DNA of 64,000 bases from Zancudomyces culisetae HAW-14-8. Taxonomy: Eukaryota > Fungi > Kickxellomycota. The notes below the pieces were generated by a model. It was given only the letters and a program-made list of their open reading frames with translations. It ran no database searches and was not told the DNA's origin. A program made the translations under genes and the position numbers. The first letter of the stretch is position 1; every line of letters begins with the position of its first letter. The stretch lies in the NCBI GenBank assembly GCA_052426225.1, contig JBNJNM010000011.1, forward strand, positions 1,116,001-1,180,000. The letters are read 5' to 3'. Shown here one piece after another: positions 1-10,340 of the stretch.

Positions 1-1
1 A

Positions 2-493
2 ACTAATATCAGCTCTTACCCACGTGCGTGTGTTGGCTCGGCCACTGGTGAACACGCCAATGCTTTTCGATTCCCCAAGAAACCGTTTGTCCTGTGGAAA
101 AAGAACCCTTCTCCCCCTGTTCCGATTGGCTACAACCTAACTGAGTTTGCTGCGTCCCTGAACTACATTCCCGACCACCTCAAGAAATATCTGTGCCCCA
201 CCGACTCTCGCTTCCGACCTGACCAGAAATGCATGGAGTCGGAAGACTACGACCGAGCAGATATTGAAAAAAATCGTTTGGAGGAAAAACAGCGCGCAGT
301 CAGACGTGATCGAGAGTCTGGTCGACTTGCTCCACATAAACAGCGGTGGTTTGTCCAAGATGTTGATGCCGATACTGGCGAGTCATACTGGAAGTTTACG
401 GGTGAGTACTGGGCGGAACGTGAACGAGTCTCTAACCTGGTATCTTCTGGAAGTGCTGATGTTGAATGGAATGATATCTCGGATATCTTTTAA
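2..493 (+). CDS. Oxysterol-binding protein (OSBP/Osh family), C-terminal part; 5' truncated by window edge
   Basis: Frame is open from base 2: ...LWKKNPSPPVPIGYNLTEFAASLNYIPDHLKKYLCPTDSRFRPDQKCME...EKNRLEEKQRAVRR...WF...W.FTGEYW. This matches the OSBP C-terminal signature (PTDSRxRPDQ, KxRLEEKQR). Confidence 0.93.
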   Translation, partial: TNISSYPRACVGSATGEHANAFRFPKKPFVLWKKNPSPPVPIGYNLTEFAASLNYIPDHLKKYLCPTDSRFRPDQKCMESEDYDRADIEKNRLEEKQRAVRRDRESGRLAPHKQRWFVQDVDADTGESYWKFTGEYWAERERVSNLVSSGSADVEWNDISDIF

Positions 494-998
494 GCTACAT
501 TTTGCTTCATATTTAACCCTTGCCACGCCTATTTTCTTTTTCTTTTTTTTTTCTCTTTAGTTTTTTATTCTATACTTACTTAGCTGAATACACAGATAAA
601 AAACACAAGTGAGTGTGGGAGTGGTGTGGGAGTGGTGTGAGTCAGGCGATCGGTAGGCCAGTAGTGGGGCCTAGCTGCACTGTTGATGCTGAGAATGCTG
701 AATGATTCCTGCCTATTTAGAGTTTGAATTTCGACATTTTCACGTAGCTAATCCCAAGACAAGAAAAACAAGATGAAATTTTTTTATATTTCTCAGCCAA
801 TCGGGTTTGATTTCTTGTGAATAGAACTTTTGATCAGTATCCATTTAATATTTCACTAGTGTATTCTCTATTGCTAAATACAAAAATATACTGAATAATA
901 AAAGGTAACCGTTGTATTGTAGACTGACACACCTAAAACAATGGCCAACTAAATACCATCCATAAAATTTACTTTATATACTTTATACTAGATTAGAA

Positions 999-3900
999 AT
1001 GTTATCACAACCAAAATTTACCAGATTTCATCGGCTTTTTCCAAACCAAACACACTTAAATAGCGGTATAATTAGACATAAATCCGCAGTCAAAAATACC
1101 TTGAACAGTCATCGGAGGTATGTCCCATACTATATGACATTATTTCAGCAACCAGTATACAGGCAAGAAGTAGGACAAAAATTGTATCATAATGTCACCA
1201 GTACAAAGATTGTTTCTAGGCGGTTTTCAACCTTGAAGAAAATATCAGATTCAGAACACAAAAAGACAATTGATGAATCGAAGAACGATGGTCATATCAA
1301 TATTAATCATGCTCAACAGCCTGTAAAGTGCCAACCCAGCGACAAAGTTTGTAAAATAAAGTCGCTGCATTCTGAATTTCAGCATCCCATTTTTCTTGGC
1401 AGCGAACCAGATGAAAATCAAGACATTCTACGAACAGAACTATCTCTACAAAATGACCAACCCGAGGATTTTTTGATTAAAATGATTGATTTTTCCGATA
1501 ATTTTGTATCTTTTACCGGTAACAATGGCGGCTACTGGCGATATTTAAGAAGCGTAATGAAAAGTCCCAACAAAACCAAAAAACACAGCAATGAGAGTTC
1601 GGAAATGATTGATATGAAAAAACATAAAGAATCAGGACTGGAAAAGGCTATAGATCAGCGAAAAAATTTGGAAGCAGCTAATCATTTTCAAAAAGATGCA
1701 GATATACGTGTAAAACAGGATCAAGGCCAGGGCCAGGTTCAAAACCATAGCCAGAGTAAAACGATCAAGGATTATAAGGACGAAACACTCGACATCCCTG
1801 GTAAAAAACATGATGTTTCTAATCAACACTATGACAATTATAACAAAATTGGTAGAAAATTTAAGGAACGAACTACCTATCACTCAAAGAATTTGAGCAG
1901 TGGACTTGTATCGGTAAACGGTAGATACTTGCAGCAACTGCAACTGCAACAGTTAGCTCAAAAAGATTGTAATACCAGTAAAGGACTGCCTGCTAATTCC
2001 AGCGCCAAACATGAACTAGTAATTCAACTTGAACGGTTGCTTAGTGGATTTCCACTATTATTTGACAAAAGGCTTATATCTACACAGCGTTACATCGAAC
2101 GAATGCTGTCCAAGAATAACTATCCTCTTACTTTAAGCACTATTGATAAAAAAGATGGTGAAATTGTATTTTTAGGACAAAAAGTAGACAAAATGATTAA
2201 AAAACTTATCACAAAGAACGCATTGCTAGGTGAAAGGGGAATCAGTAATTTTGTTGAAACCTCATGGAACATATACCAAGCTATCAGCCACCATGATAAT
2301 AGAGATGAGTTGCTTAAACAGCTTTGTGAACCTGCGGTAGTACTGTTGATCGAAGTCCTAAAACGATTTGATCAGGATAGAACAATGGGGATGGTCTTGA
2401 GAGGCAAGAGCGCAAGTAGCGAGTCGGACAATAAACCTCAGAATAGTACCGGCAAGTGTAGCCACGGAGTACATGAGAAAATAGTAGAAATAGTGGAAAA
2501 TGTGCTGATGACGGGACAACCAATCGAGTCTTCATTTATTTTTAATAGCTACCTGAACGCGCTAAACGAACTACAATCGTACCGACAGTTGGTTCACGCT
2601 GTATACTATGCCTTGGATGTTAACATTGATCAGACACAATCGACACACCTTATCGATTTTAGAAATAAAATTACAAATGTGGACAATAGCAACACCGTTT
2701 ATACTCGCAGAGAGAAATCTGACAAGAATGTATTTAGAATTGCGATAGATACGATTACGGCTAATCATTTGATATCTGCACACATCCACTTGGGAGAGGT
2801 TGACTTAGCGTACCGGGTATTTAAACATATGGATAAATTTACAGATGTCAAAAAGACTCTTTCAAAGAATGCTGTAACATATACTTTGATAATACAGGCG
2901 ATATTGAGCCATCAAAATGCAGAGAATATGAGATATAAAAGCGAATTAGGTATTTCAGACGCGAAAAAAGTTCTTGGAGAGTTTTTTAGCGTAGCTAGAG
3001 AGCTAAAATACATGGAACGTTACAGGACAATCAATGACTCTGGGATTCAGCAGAATCTATTGAAGGCTGCTGAAACATTGCCAACCAAAGACAGCGCGGA
3101 CAGAAATGCACGCTATCTCATTGATGATATTGATCAAGGGGCTGACTTGCGCAAAAACTCTTTATTATCGGAAAAAAGTTGCACGTTGGTAAATGGTAAA
3201 AAAAACAGTGTTAGTGCTCGGGACTACAAAGTAAATAAATACCAGCTGTACGAGAGCTTTTCTCTTTCGACAATGACATTGAATACACTGTTTTACCATG
3301 CGATCCAAAACGACCAGTTTGAATTCGGATATGATATTCTTTTTGGACTTTTAAGACTCGGAGTTGTGCCTGACCACATTACTGTAACCAACTTTTTGCT
3401 AGGCCATACCAAGAAATTCGATTTATTACCTACCAAAATAAAAAGTTCTAGCGACGAGAGTGAAGCTGTACTATTAGATGGCGGACAGCCCAAGACGTGT
3501 GGTGGTCAGGTGAGTTATGATAATGATAATTCCCACTACTCTGGTGATAATCCCGATAGCTGGGAGTTGTTAGCTTTACAAGCCGAAAAAAAATCACAGG
3601 CGCAAACAATTATTAATTTCTACAAACGTCTGAAATTCAACAAAGGAACACACGCACTAATCGATACTACATTTTCTACACTGGTGATCAAAAGTATGCT
3701 TATGCTAGGACAATCTGAGCTGGCTATCAAAATATTCTACGAAATGGGACAAAATAAATCCAATTCGACATCCAACAAACCAAACATTATCACTTATTCT
3801 ACACTTCTTAACGGGCTATCAAAGACAAGAGATGTAGATTCCTGTATTAAAATCTTCAACGACTTGGTTAATAATTCTGACTTTTCTCCCACAATTCCTA

Positions 3901-5240
3901 TATATACAGCCATGTACAAAGTATTTTTGACAACGGATTTTGGGCAACTGAATATGACCTACAAAAACGCACTTGTGAACAGGGATGAATCGGTATTATC
4001 TATTGAGCACATCAACATATTAATGTCACATGCCTACAGCCAATACAATCATGATTTATTAATTTCGCTATTTAGAAAAGCTACTATGCTCAAAGAAATC
4101 GAACCAAACACATTCACTTTATACATATTATTCAAGTCATATATAACGGTTGGAAATTACGCACATAAACGCCTTGACCAACAAACCGAAGACTTTATAC
4201 AATTTTCAAGTCTGGGAACACATTTTTTGCGCTCAAAGTTAGATGCTACCAAATTACCGCACCTAAACTACGATATTTTGGAGCATCCTGACCATCCACG
4301 CCGCATATACGAATACCTAGTGGAAACTGATTTCCCATTGGACAGCGAGCTGTATAACTTGGTTCTCGATGCCCTTTCTGTGTTTGGTGATTTTGGAGGG
4401 GCAGATATTGTGTATAACCATATGGTAAAGTATGCAAACATCTCACCAACCGCTCCAATGTTTTCCCAAGCCGTTATCAATTTGCTGAGCTTTTCTAAAT
4501 ACGAATTGGCATCAGCTCTATTTGCAAAAATCACAGCTGGAAACACTGGTAGCACTGATGGCACCGGTAAAACTAGCAGCGAATATCATAACCTGTTTTT
4601 GAATACTCATACCTACAACATGCTTATAGAAAAGGCGACTTCTTATGGTCGGTTGGAGCTAGCGATTGATGTATACTTGCACATGGTAGGCAGAGCTGTT
4701 CCTCTAACTGTGCCAGTACATGTACTCGGTGGTAGTGATGAACCATCCCCTCACTCACGCTCAGAACCTTCCTCGCTTGACACACCTATTGCCAAAGAGC
4801 ATAATTATTTGGCGTATTTTTCTTCAATACCGAATCCTTGGTATAGACACCAATATAGTAGGTCACCTTCGTTGTCATACTCGCAGAATAATTGTGTCAT
4901 GGACAGTCCAATCGATCTTAAAGATTCAGATCCTAGCATGGCCACAACCACAACCACAACCGCGACTGACAACTTACAACATATCTTTGAGATTAGAGCT
5001 ATCTCTGAACTTTTCAACCTAAGGCAGCTGCCGACTCCAGAAACGTTTGAGTGCCTTATCTACGCTCTGTTTCGTGATAACCGACCACTTGAGGCACTGG
5101 TTTTGTATCAAGATCTAATCGCGTTGAATATTACCCCTAGTACACGTATGCCCAAGCTGCTCTTTGATGGTCTGGAACATAATAATCTGTCTAATTTGGC
5201 AAACCATATTTGTAGCGATTTTTATTCTCGGTTTGCCTAA
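999..5240 (+). CDS. Large pentatricopeptide-repeat (PPR) protein, probably mitochondrial
   Basis: 1413 aa intronless ORF with a basic/hydroxylated presequence-like N-terminus. Multiple PPR-like repeats, e.g. PNIITYSTLLNGLSKTRDVDSCIKIFNDL, NAVTYTLIIQA, NTHTYNMLIEKATSYGRLELAIDVYLHM, PTPETFECLIYAL. Confidence 0.85.
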   Translation: MLSQPKFTRFHRLFPNQTHLNSGIIRHKSAVKNTLNSHRRYVPYYMTLFQQPVYRQEVGQKLYHNVTSTKIVSRRFSTLKKISDSEHKKTIDESKNDGHININHAQQPVKCQPSDKVCKIKSLHSEFQHPIFLGSEPDENQDILRTELSLQNDQPEDFLIKMIDFSDNFVSFTGNNGGYWRYLRSVMKSPNKTKKHSNESSEMIDMKKHKESGLEKAIDQRKNLEAANHFQKDADIRVKQDQGQGQVQNHSQSKTIKDYKDETLDIPGKKHDVSNQHYDNYNKIGRKFKERTTYHSKNLSSGLVSVNGRYLQQLQLQQLAQKDCNTSKGLPANSSAKHELVIQLERLLSGFPLLFDKRLISTQRYIERMLSKNNYPLTLSTIDKKDGEIVFLGQKVDKMIKKLITKNALLGERGISNFVETSWNIYQAISHHDNRDELLKQLCEPAVVLLIEVLKRFDQDRTMGMVLRGKSASSESDNKPQNSTGKCSHGVHEKIVEIVENVLMTGQPIESSFIFNSYLNALNELQSYRQLVHAVYYALDVNIDQTQSTHLIDFRNKITNVDNSNTVYTRREKSDKNVFRIAIDTITANHLISAHIHLGEVDLAYRVFKHMDKFTDVKKTLSKNAVTYTLIIQAILSHQNAENMRYKSELGISDAKKVLGEFFSVARELKYMERYRTINDSGIQQNLLKAAETLPTKDSADRNARYLIDDIDQGADLRKNSLLSEKSCTLVNGKKNSVSARDYKVNKYQLYESFSLSTMTLNTLFYHAIQNDQFEFGYDILFGLLRLGVVPDHITVTNFLLGHTKKFDLLPTKIKSSSDESEAVLLDGGQPKTCGGQVSYDNDNSHYSGDNPDSWELLALQAEKKSQAQTIINFYKRLKFNKGTHALIDTTFSTLVIKSMLMLGQSELAIKIFYEMGQNKSNSTSNKPNIITYSTLLNGLSKTRDVDSCIKIFNDLVNNSDFSPTIPIYTAMYKVFLTTDFGQLNMTYKNALVNRDESVLSIEHINILMSHAYSQYNHDLLISLFRKATMLKEIEPNTFTLYILFKSYITVGNYAHKRLDQQTEDFIQFSSLGTHFLRSKLDATKLPHLNYDILEHPDHPRRIYEYLVETDFPLDSELYNLVLDALSVFGDFGGADIVYNHMVKYANISPTAPMFSQAVINLLSFSKYELASALFAKITAGNTGSTDGTGKTSSEYHNLFLNTHTYNMLIEKATSYGRLELAIDVYLHMVGRAVPLTVPVHVLGGSDEPSPHSRSEPSSLDTPIAKEHNYLAYFSSIPNPWYRHQYSRSPSLSYSQNNCVMDSPIDLKDSDPSMATTTTTTATDNLQHIFEIRAISELFNLRQLPTPETFECLIYALFRDNRPLEALVLYQDLIALNITPSTRMPKLLFDGLEHNNLSNLANHICSDFYSRFA

Positions 5241-5335
5241 TTATGCATATACATACTTGTTGTTGTTGTTGTTGTATTATGCTGATAGTATCTCTTTGTT
5301 TTGTGTGTTTACTTAGCCATGTCTTGACAGTCCAA

Positions 5336-5425
5336 ATCAAACCAAACCAAATCATACCAAACCAAATCATACCAAACCAAATCAAACCAAACCAAATCAA
5401 AACAAAAATAAAATAAAATAAAATA
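5336..5425. repeat. Pentamer-based microsatellite (CCAAA/TCAAA/TCATA, then TAAAA) downstream of the PPR gene
   Basis: Visible array aaatcaaaccaaaccaaatcataccaaaccaaatcatacc...aaaataaaataaaata. Confidence 0.85.
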
Positions 5426-6586
5426 TAGCTAAAAAAAACTATTTAAAACATTGTTAACCTCCTTGGGTTTTGTGGTAAAGTTTGAATGTAACGTGATAAC
5501 ATTTTACAAATTAAAAAATACATAAATAAATATAAACAGTCCATACAATATTCTGCATTTATCTAGATTATCTTGAACCACCCTGATACAAAAAAAAATA
5601 GTAAAATACTTGGCAATGGTCAAGTATTGGGCCTATGTTTGCAGCTTCAAACTGGTATATGATGTTTTTTTTTCTTTTTTTACTGGATCAGGTTGGCTTT
5701 GATAATATTTACAAATAGAGAGTTCATAGGGATACTTGGGTATTCTCAGTATTAGAACCCATCCCTCCCTCCCTCCCTCCCTTCCTCCAATTAGTACTAC
5801 AGATCTAAAGAAAAAATTGAATCTGGAATCTGAAAAGTGGGAAGGTGAGGATTGGAGTGGAGTGAAGAGTATATAGTCTTTTTTTGGCATGTTTCAAAAT
5901 CAATCAAAAAAAAAAAGTAAATGAATAATAGCTGAATCTTATTTGCGTCATCTGTAAACTGAAAAGCTTGTCAAAATGGCAAGATGGTAAGAAAAAAAAA
6001 AGTATATATAAAATCAATAAAAAAAAAATTAGATGAAGATTTGTATTATTGATGATAATTTTGTTACAGATTTCATGTAATTGTAAGTTGGATGATAATA
6101 AAACAAGCGTATGACATCACTAAATTATAATCGTTTTATTTTTATTAGTTTTTATGTTTTTATTTTTTGATTTTTTTATTAGTTTTTTTTTTTATAGTGT
6201 AAAGTGTTTGAGTGACTTTGGATTTTAGAGATGATGAAAAATAACAATTTTGTAAAAAAAGAAAAGAAAAAAAAAAGTGTTTAAGAAAAAATGCAAAAAT
6301 GAAAAAGTGGGAAAGTCGAAAAAAAAATAAACACGGAACAATATATGGAAATATGGGTAATCTTTTACAAAAATAATCGAGTGGAATTAATAATTATTAA
6401 GGGTTAATCATTGATAATAACCCTAAAGCCAAATGCAAAACAAATAAATAATAAATAAATAGTTTAAAAAATAAAATAAAAAAGTAGAACAGAGGATACT
6501 AAAAAAAGAAACGGTGTGAAGTGTAGAGACGGGAAAACTGGATATATTTATTGATTCTTGGAAGCAGAATATGAAAACAAATCCGA

Positions 6587-9500
6587 ATGCATATCGGTGC
6601 GGAAAATCAAAAAGGTAGTTTACGGAACTCGATTTCATATGAAGAATGGAAAAGCACTATAAAGGGAAAGAACAAAGCCGGTGAAAGAAAAGAAAATACG
6701 ATATCCGAGGAGACGAGACAGATAGCCAGATCAAAAGGAAGATTAAAAATGAACATTGATCTCAAGGAAAGCATAGACAGGCATTTGGGGCAAAATTCGC
6801 TGGTTCTAAATGAAATCAAGCGCGCAAATCTCGATGCGTATAATATAATTGGGCGACAGAATCAAATAATTCCAAAAAGCATATTCACAGTAGGTGTGGG
6901 GACTAGTGGAAGCAGCACTTTGGGATTTATAGGTGCGAATTGTAATCTGAATAGAACAAGAGGGCTATATAGTAGCTTTAGGAACGCTATTATAGATAAG
7001 TCGAAGGGAGAATCGAAGGTATCTAGTGGTGGCGGTGGTGAACGAATTGCTGGATTTAGTACATTAAATGAAGTTGACAAAAAATTAAAAATTGATTCAT
7101 TATCTGAAGAGGAGGAGGAAGAGGAGGAAGAGGGGGAGCGAAAAGGAAAAGAAAAAGAAAAATTTGAACCAGTACGTACCAGAGACACACAAGGTATCGA
7201 AAAGAGTAAGGCAGAAACAACGCAGAGGCAAAATGAGCAGGTACAAACACAACTACAACTACAGCTACAGCAACGACAAATACAGCTGCAGCAACATCAT
7301 CAAAGACAGCAACAGCAATTAGCACAGCAAGTTAAAAAGTCGGTGGACACCCTAAAAGATAGAATACTAGGGTTGAAAGACTTGTCAGACAGGTCTAGTG
7401 AAATATCAACCAACAGACTGACTAGCAGTAGTAGAGAAGGAATGGTGAATGACAATGAGGCTATAGAAAAGAAGGTTCTAGATATAGAAAGTAAGTCTGA
7501 AGCACTGAGAGCGAAAAGTATGGTTGGTAGTAGTATTCAGAGAAATAAAGACCTTGGAGCAAAGATAGGTACTATGTCAAAACCAGAGGTGAAGCCATTG
7601 GCACGTAGGAGTACAATTGGTAGGGTGAAGCGGGATAAAGAAAACGAAAGGAGTGGAGATGAGGAGAGGAAAAACGAAAGGAGTGATGGAGTGGGAAGAG
7701 AAGAGGATAAAAGCGTTAAAACGCAGTTTAACCAACACGAGGATAGCCTTTTAAATTATAGAAAAGCAATTAAAAACACGACGAGTTTATCCCAAGAAAA
7801 GCCAAAGCTGAGCAAATTCCATGAAAATTTGAAAATGGCAACAACACCCAAAAAAGGCACAATATCGGTACAAAGCAGAATAGAGGCGGCAGCAGAGAGG
7901 CGAGCGGTCGGAAGGATAGGAGTACCGGGGAGTGCGAGTAGGGCAAGGGGTTATAAAGAGGGTAATTCGGTAAATCACGAGTTTGATGATGGTAAATCGG
8001 TAGTGACAAATGCGACAAGGACGATTTTAACGACAAGTCGAACTATGACATCGAGGCCACAACCACAAAACGATGCAAGCTCACTGGTGAGTTTCAGAGA
8101 TAGAAAGCTGAAACCACCAGTTGATGGTCGCAACCAAGCCGTATCCAGAGCAAGAGAGAAGGAGGAGCGAGGGATACCACTAGAGAGAGCATCAGAAAGA
8201 CACCCACCCACCAAACCAAACAGCCGGAGACCCACATTGACGGAATTAACCATGGATAAACATGCCAAAACAGAGAGCAGCGTAGGCACTAGACGTGTTA
8301 TCAACAAGGCAACGGTGATTGGGGGTTCGTTCAACTCGGCAATCAGCGAAGTTGGGAAACGAAATAGAACGACCACCAATGAGTTTAAAAAGTTTCAATC
8401 ATCTTCGATGTATAATCCCAGTTCTACTACAGCAGCATCGACTATTGGTAGAATGAGAGTGCCCAGCCAGGCCATGTCGACAATTGGCACAGGAGGGGGA
8501 GGGTATAGCTCGAGCATGATAAGAGGCCGCCACTCGATGAGTCCCAGAATGAATCCTCGGTCGCCAATACATCCACGGTATGCAGATATTAATAGGGTGG
8601 CCGAGCCTCTGACTCCGGAACAAGTGCTTAGGATGTACAAGGCGATGCTGAGCAAGCATGAAGCCGAAGAAATCAAAAACTACCAAAACATATATTTTAT
8701 TCGAAGAGCCAACTTGCGGATTCCTCCACGAGGGCAGACCAACGATGGCTTTGACGATAGCGAGGGCGATTATATAGTGCAGGTGGGAGACCAACTGGAG
8801 TATCGGTACGAGATAGTCCAGATGATGGGCAAGGGTTCGTTTGGCCAAGTCGTTAAGGCTATTGACCACAAGACCGGGTCGTCGGTGGCTGTCAAAATCA
8901 TTCGATGCAAATCGTCATTCCACAACCAGGCTTTGATTGAAGTTGGCGTTTTGGAGTTTCTTAATAAAAACGATCCGAATGGTGCCCATCACATTGTCAA
9001 AGTCATTGAGAGTTTTGCCTTTAGACAACATTTGTGTATTGTTACTGAACTTCTCAACATGAACTTGTACGACTGGCTCAAAGCAAATTACTTTTTGGGT
9101 TCTCCTACTGTGCTATTGAAGCATTTTTCTAAACAGATGATTGAATGTCTTGTTCTTTTAGCCAACCAGCATGTCATTCATTGTGATTTAAAGCCTGAAA
9201 ATATTCTATTGTCCGCTATGCCTCCTCTACCCCCCTCACGAAGGTCCGCCTCTTCTCTTACAAACACTCCTTACCATCCTGCAAACTCTTCTGCTGCTAG
9301 TTCTTTGGGTGTCCGTACCCAACAACATCCAATGGCTCCTGCTGTTCTTCAACGTGACATTGCTGCAAACCGTTATGCTATTAAAGTTATTGATTTTGGA
9401 AGCTCTTGTTTTGAATCCAAACGTATTTATACCTACATCCAATCTCGCTTCTACAGGTCTCCCGAAGTCATTCTTGGTTTGCCTTATGGCCCTCCCATCG

Positions 9501-9877
9501 ATATGTGGTCTACTGGCTGTATTATCTACGAACTGTTTACCGGCTCTCCTCTCTTTCCTGGCGAAAATGAACGTGACCAACTTCTTTGTATTGCCGAGGT
9601 CATTGGTTTGCCTCCTGCCGAAATTGTCGCCAATTCTCCCCGGAAACTTGATTTTGCCCAGGTTGTAACTGGTCCTAATGGTGAATCTCTATACGCCCTC
9701 AAATCCTATACTACCACCAAGGGTAGAAAAAGATCTCCAAACTCTAAACCCCTAGATTCTTTACTTGCAAGAGCCAAAGATCCTCTTTTCCTTGATTTTG
9801 TCAGCAACTGTCTCGTTTGGGATCCTGACTTTCGAATGACTCCTAACCAAGCCATTAACCACCCCTGGTTATCTTAG
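6587..9877 (+). CDS. Dual-specificity tyrosine-phosphorylation-regulated kinase (class-2 DYRK, Pom1/DYRK2-like)
   Basis: DH box (DDSEGDY), GKGSFGQV, VAVK, HCDLKPEN, DFGSSC and activation loop YTYIQSRFYRSPEV. About 680 aa disordered N-terminus; the start codon is uncertain. Confidence 0.95.
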   Translation: MHIGAENQKGSLRNSISYEEWKSTIKGKNKAGERKENTISEETRQIARSKGRLKMNIDLKESIDRHLGQNSLVLNEIKRANLDAYNIIGRQNQIIPKSIFTVGVGTSGSSTLGFIGANCNLNRTRGLYSSFRNAIIDKSKGESKVSSGGGGERIAGFSTLNEVDKKLKIDSLSEEEEEEEEEGERKGKEKEKFEPVRTRDTQGIEKSKAETTQRQNEQVQTQLQLQLQQRQIQLQQHHQRQQQQLAQQVKKSVDTLKDRILGLKDLSDRSSEISTNRLTSSSREGMVNDNEAIEKKVLDIESKSEALRAKSMVGSSIQRNKDLGAKIGTMSKPEVKPLARRSTIGRVKRDKENERSGDEERKNERSDGVGREEDKSVKTQFNQHEDSLLNYRKAIKNTTSLSQEKPKLSKFHENLKMATTPKKGTISVQSRIEAAAERRAVGRIGVPGSASRARGYKEGNSVNHEFDDGKSVVTNATRTILTTSRTMTSRPQPQNDASSLVSFRDRKLKPPVDGRNQAVSRAREKEERGIPLERASERHPPTKPNSRRPTLTELTMDKHAKTESSVGTRRVINKATVIGGSFNSAISEVGKRNRTTTNEFKKFQSSSMYNPSSTTAASTIGRMRVPSQAMSTIGTGGGGYSSSMIRGRHSMSPRMNPRSPIHPRYADINRVAEPLTPEQVLRMYKAMLSKHEAEEIKNYQNIYFIRRANLRIPPRGQTNDGFDDSEGDYIVQVGDQLEYRYEIVQMMGKGSFGQVVKAIDHKTGSSVAVKIIRCKSSFHNQALIEVGVLEFLNKNDPNGAHHIVKVIESFAFRQHLCIVTELLNMNLYDWLKANYFLGSPTVLLKHFSKQMIECLVLLANQHVIHCDLKPENILLSAMPPLPPSRRSASSLTNTPYHPANSSAASSLGVRTQQHPMAPAVLQRDIAANRYAIKVIDFGSSCFESKRIYTYIQSRFYRSPEVILGLPYGPPIDMWSTGCIIYELFTGSPLFPGENERDQLLCIAEVIGLPPAEIVANSPRKLDFAQVVTGPNGESLYALKSYTTTKGRKRSPNSKPLDSLLARAKDPLFLDFVSNCLVWDPDFRMTPNQAINHPWLS

Positions 9878-10340
9878 CTTTTAGTCTTTTTTACACCCAT
9901 TCTCTCCTTTTCCCCTTTCCTCCTTTCCCTTTCCCCTTCCTCTTTCCCTCTCTCTCTTTTTTTTTTGGCTCATTTTTGTTTTTTCGTGTAACATTTTGTC
10001 ATCACATTTTTCTTTTTTTTTTCTCATAGTTTCTATTAGTTGGTTTTCTTTTGCATTTATCTAAATTATAGAGAATATAAATCTAAAATAACCAAAACAT
10101 AAAAGCAAGCTTTAAAAAAAAAACATTAAAAAAAAAACAAGAATAGCTTTTGTTTTATTTAGAAGAAACATGAATATAACCCATTAGATTAAAACTTTAT
10201 ATTTATTCACTTTACAACTTCCCCCTCAACCTACTTCTCTCCTTGTCACCACACTTCGAACTAGGGATATTATTAACAATTTTTCTCATCACCTTCCAAC
10301 AAGACTAAAAGTGACAAGAAAAAGTGAAATAGAAAAAAAA

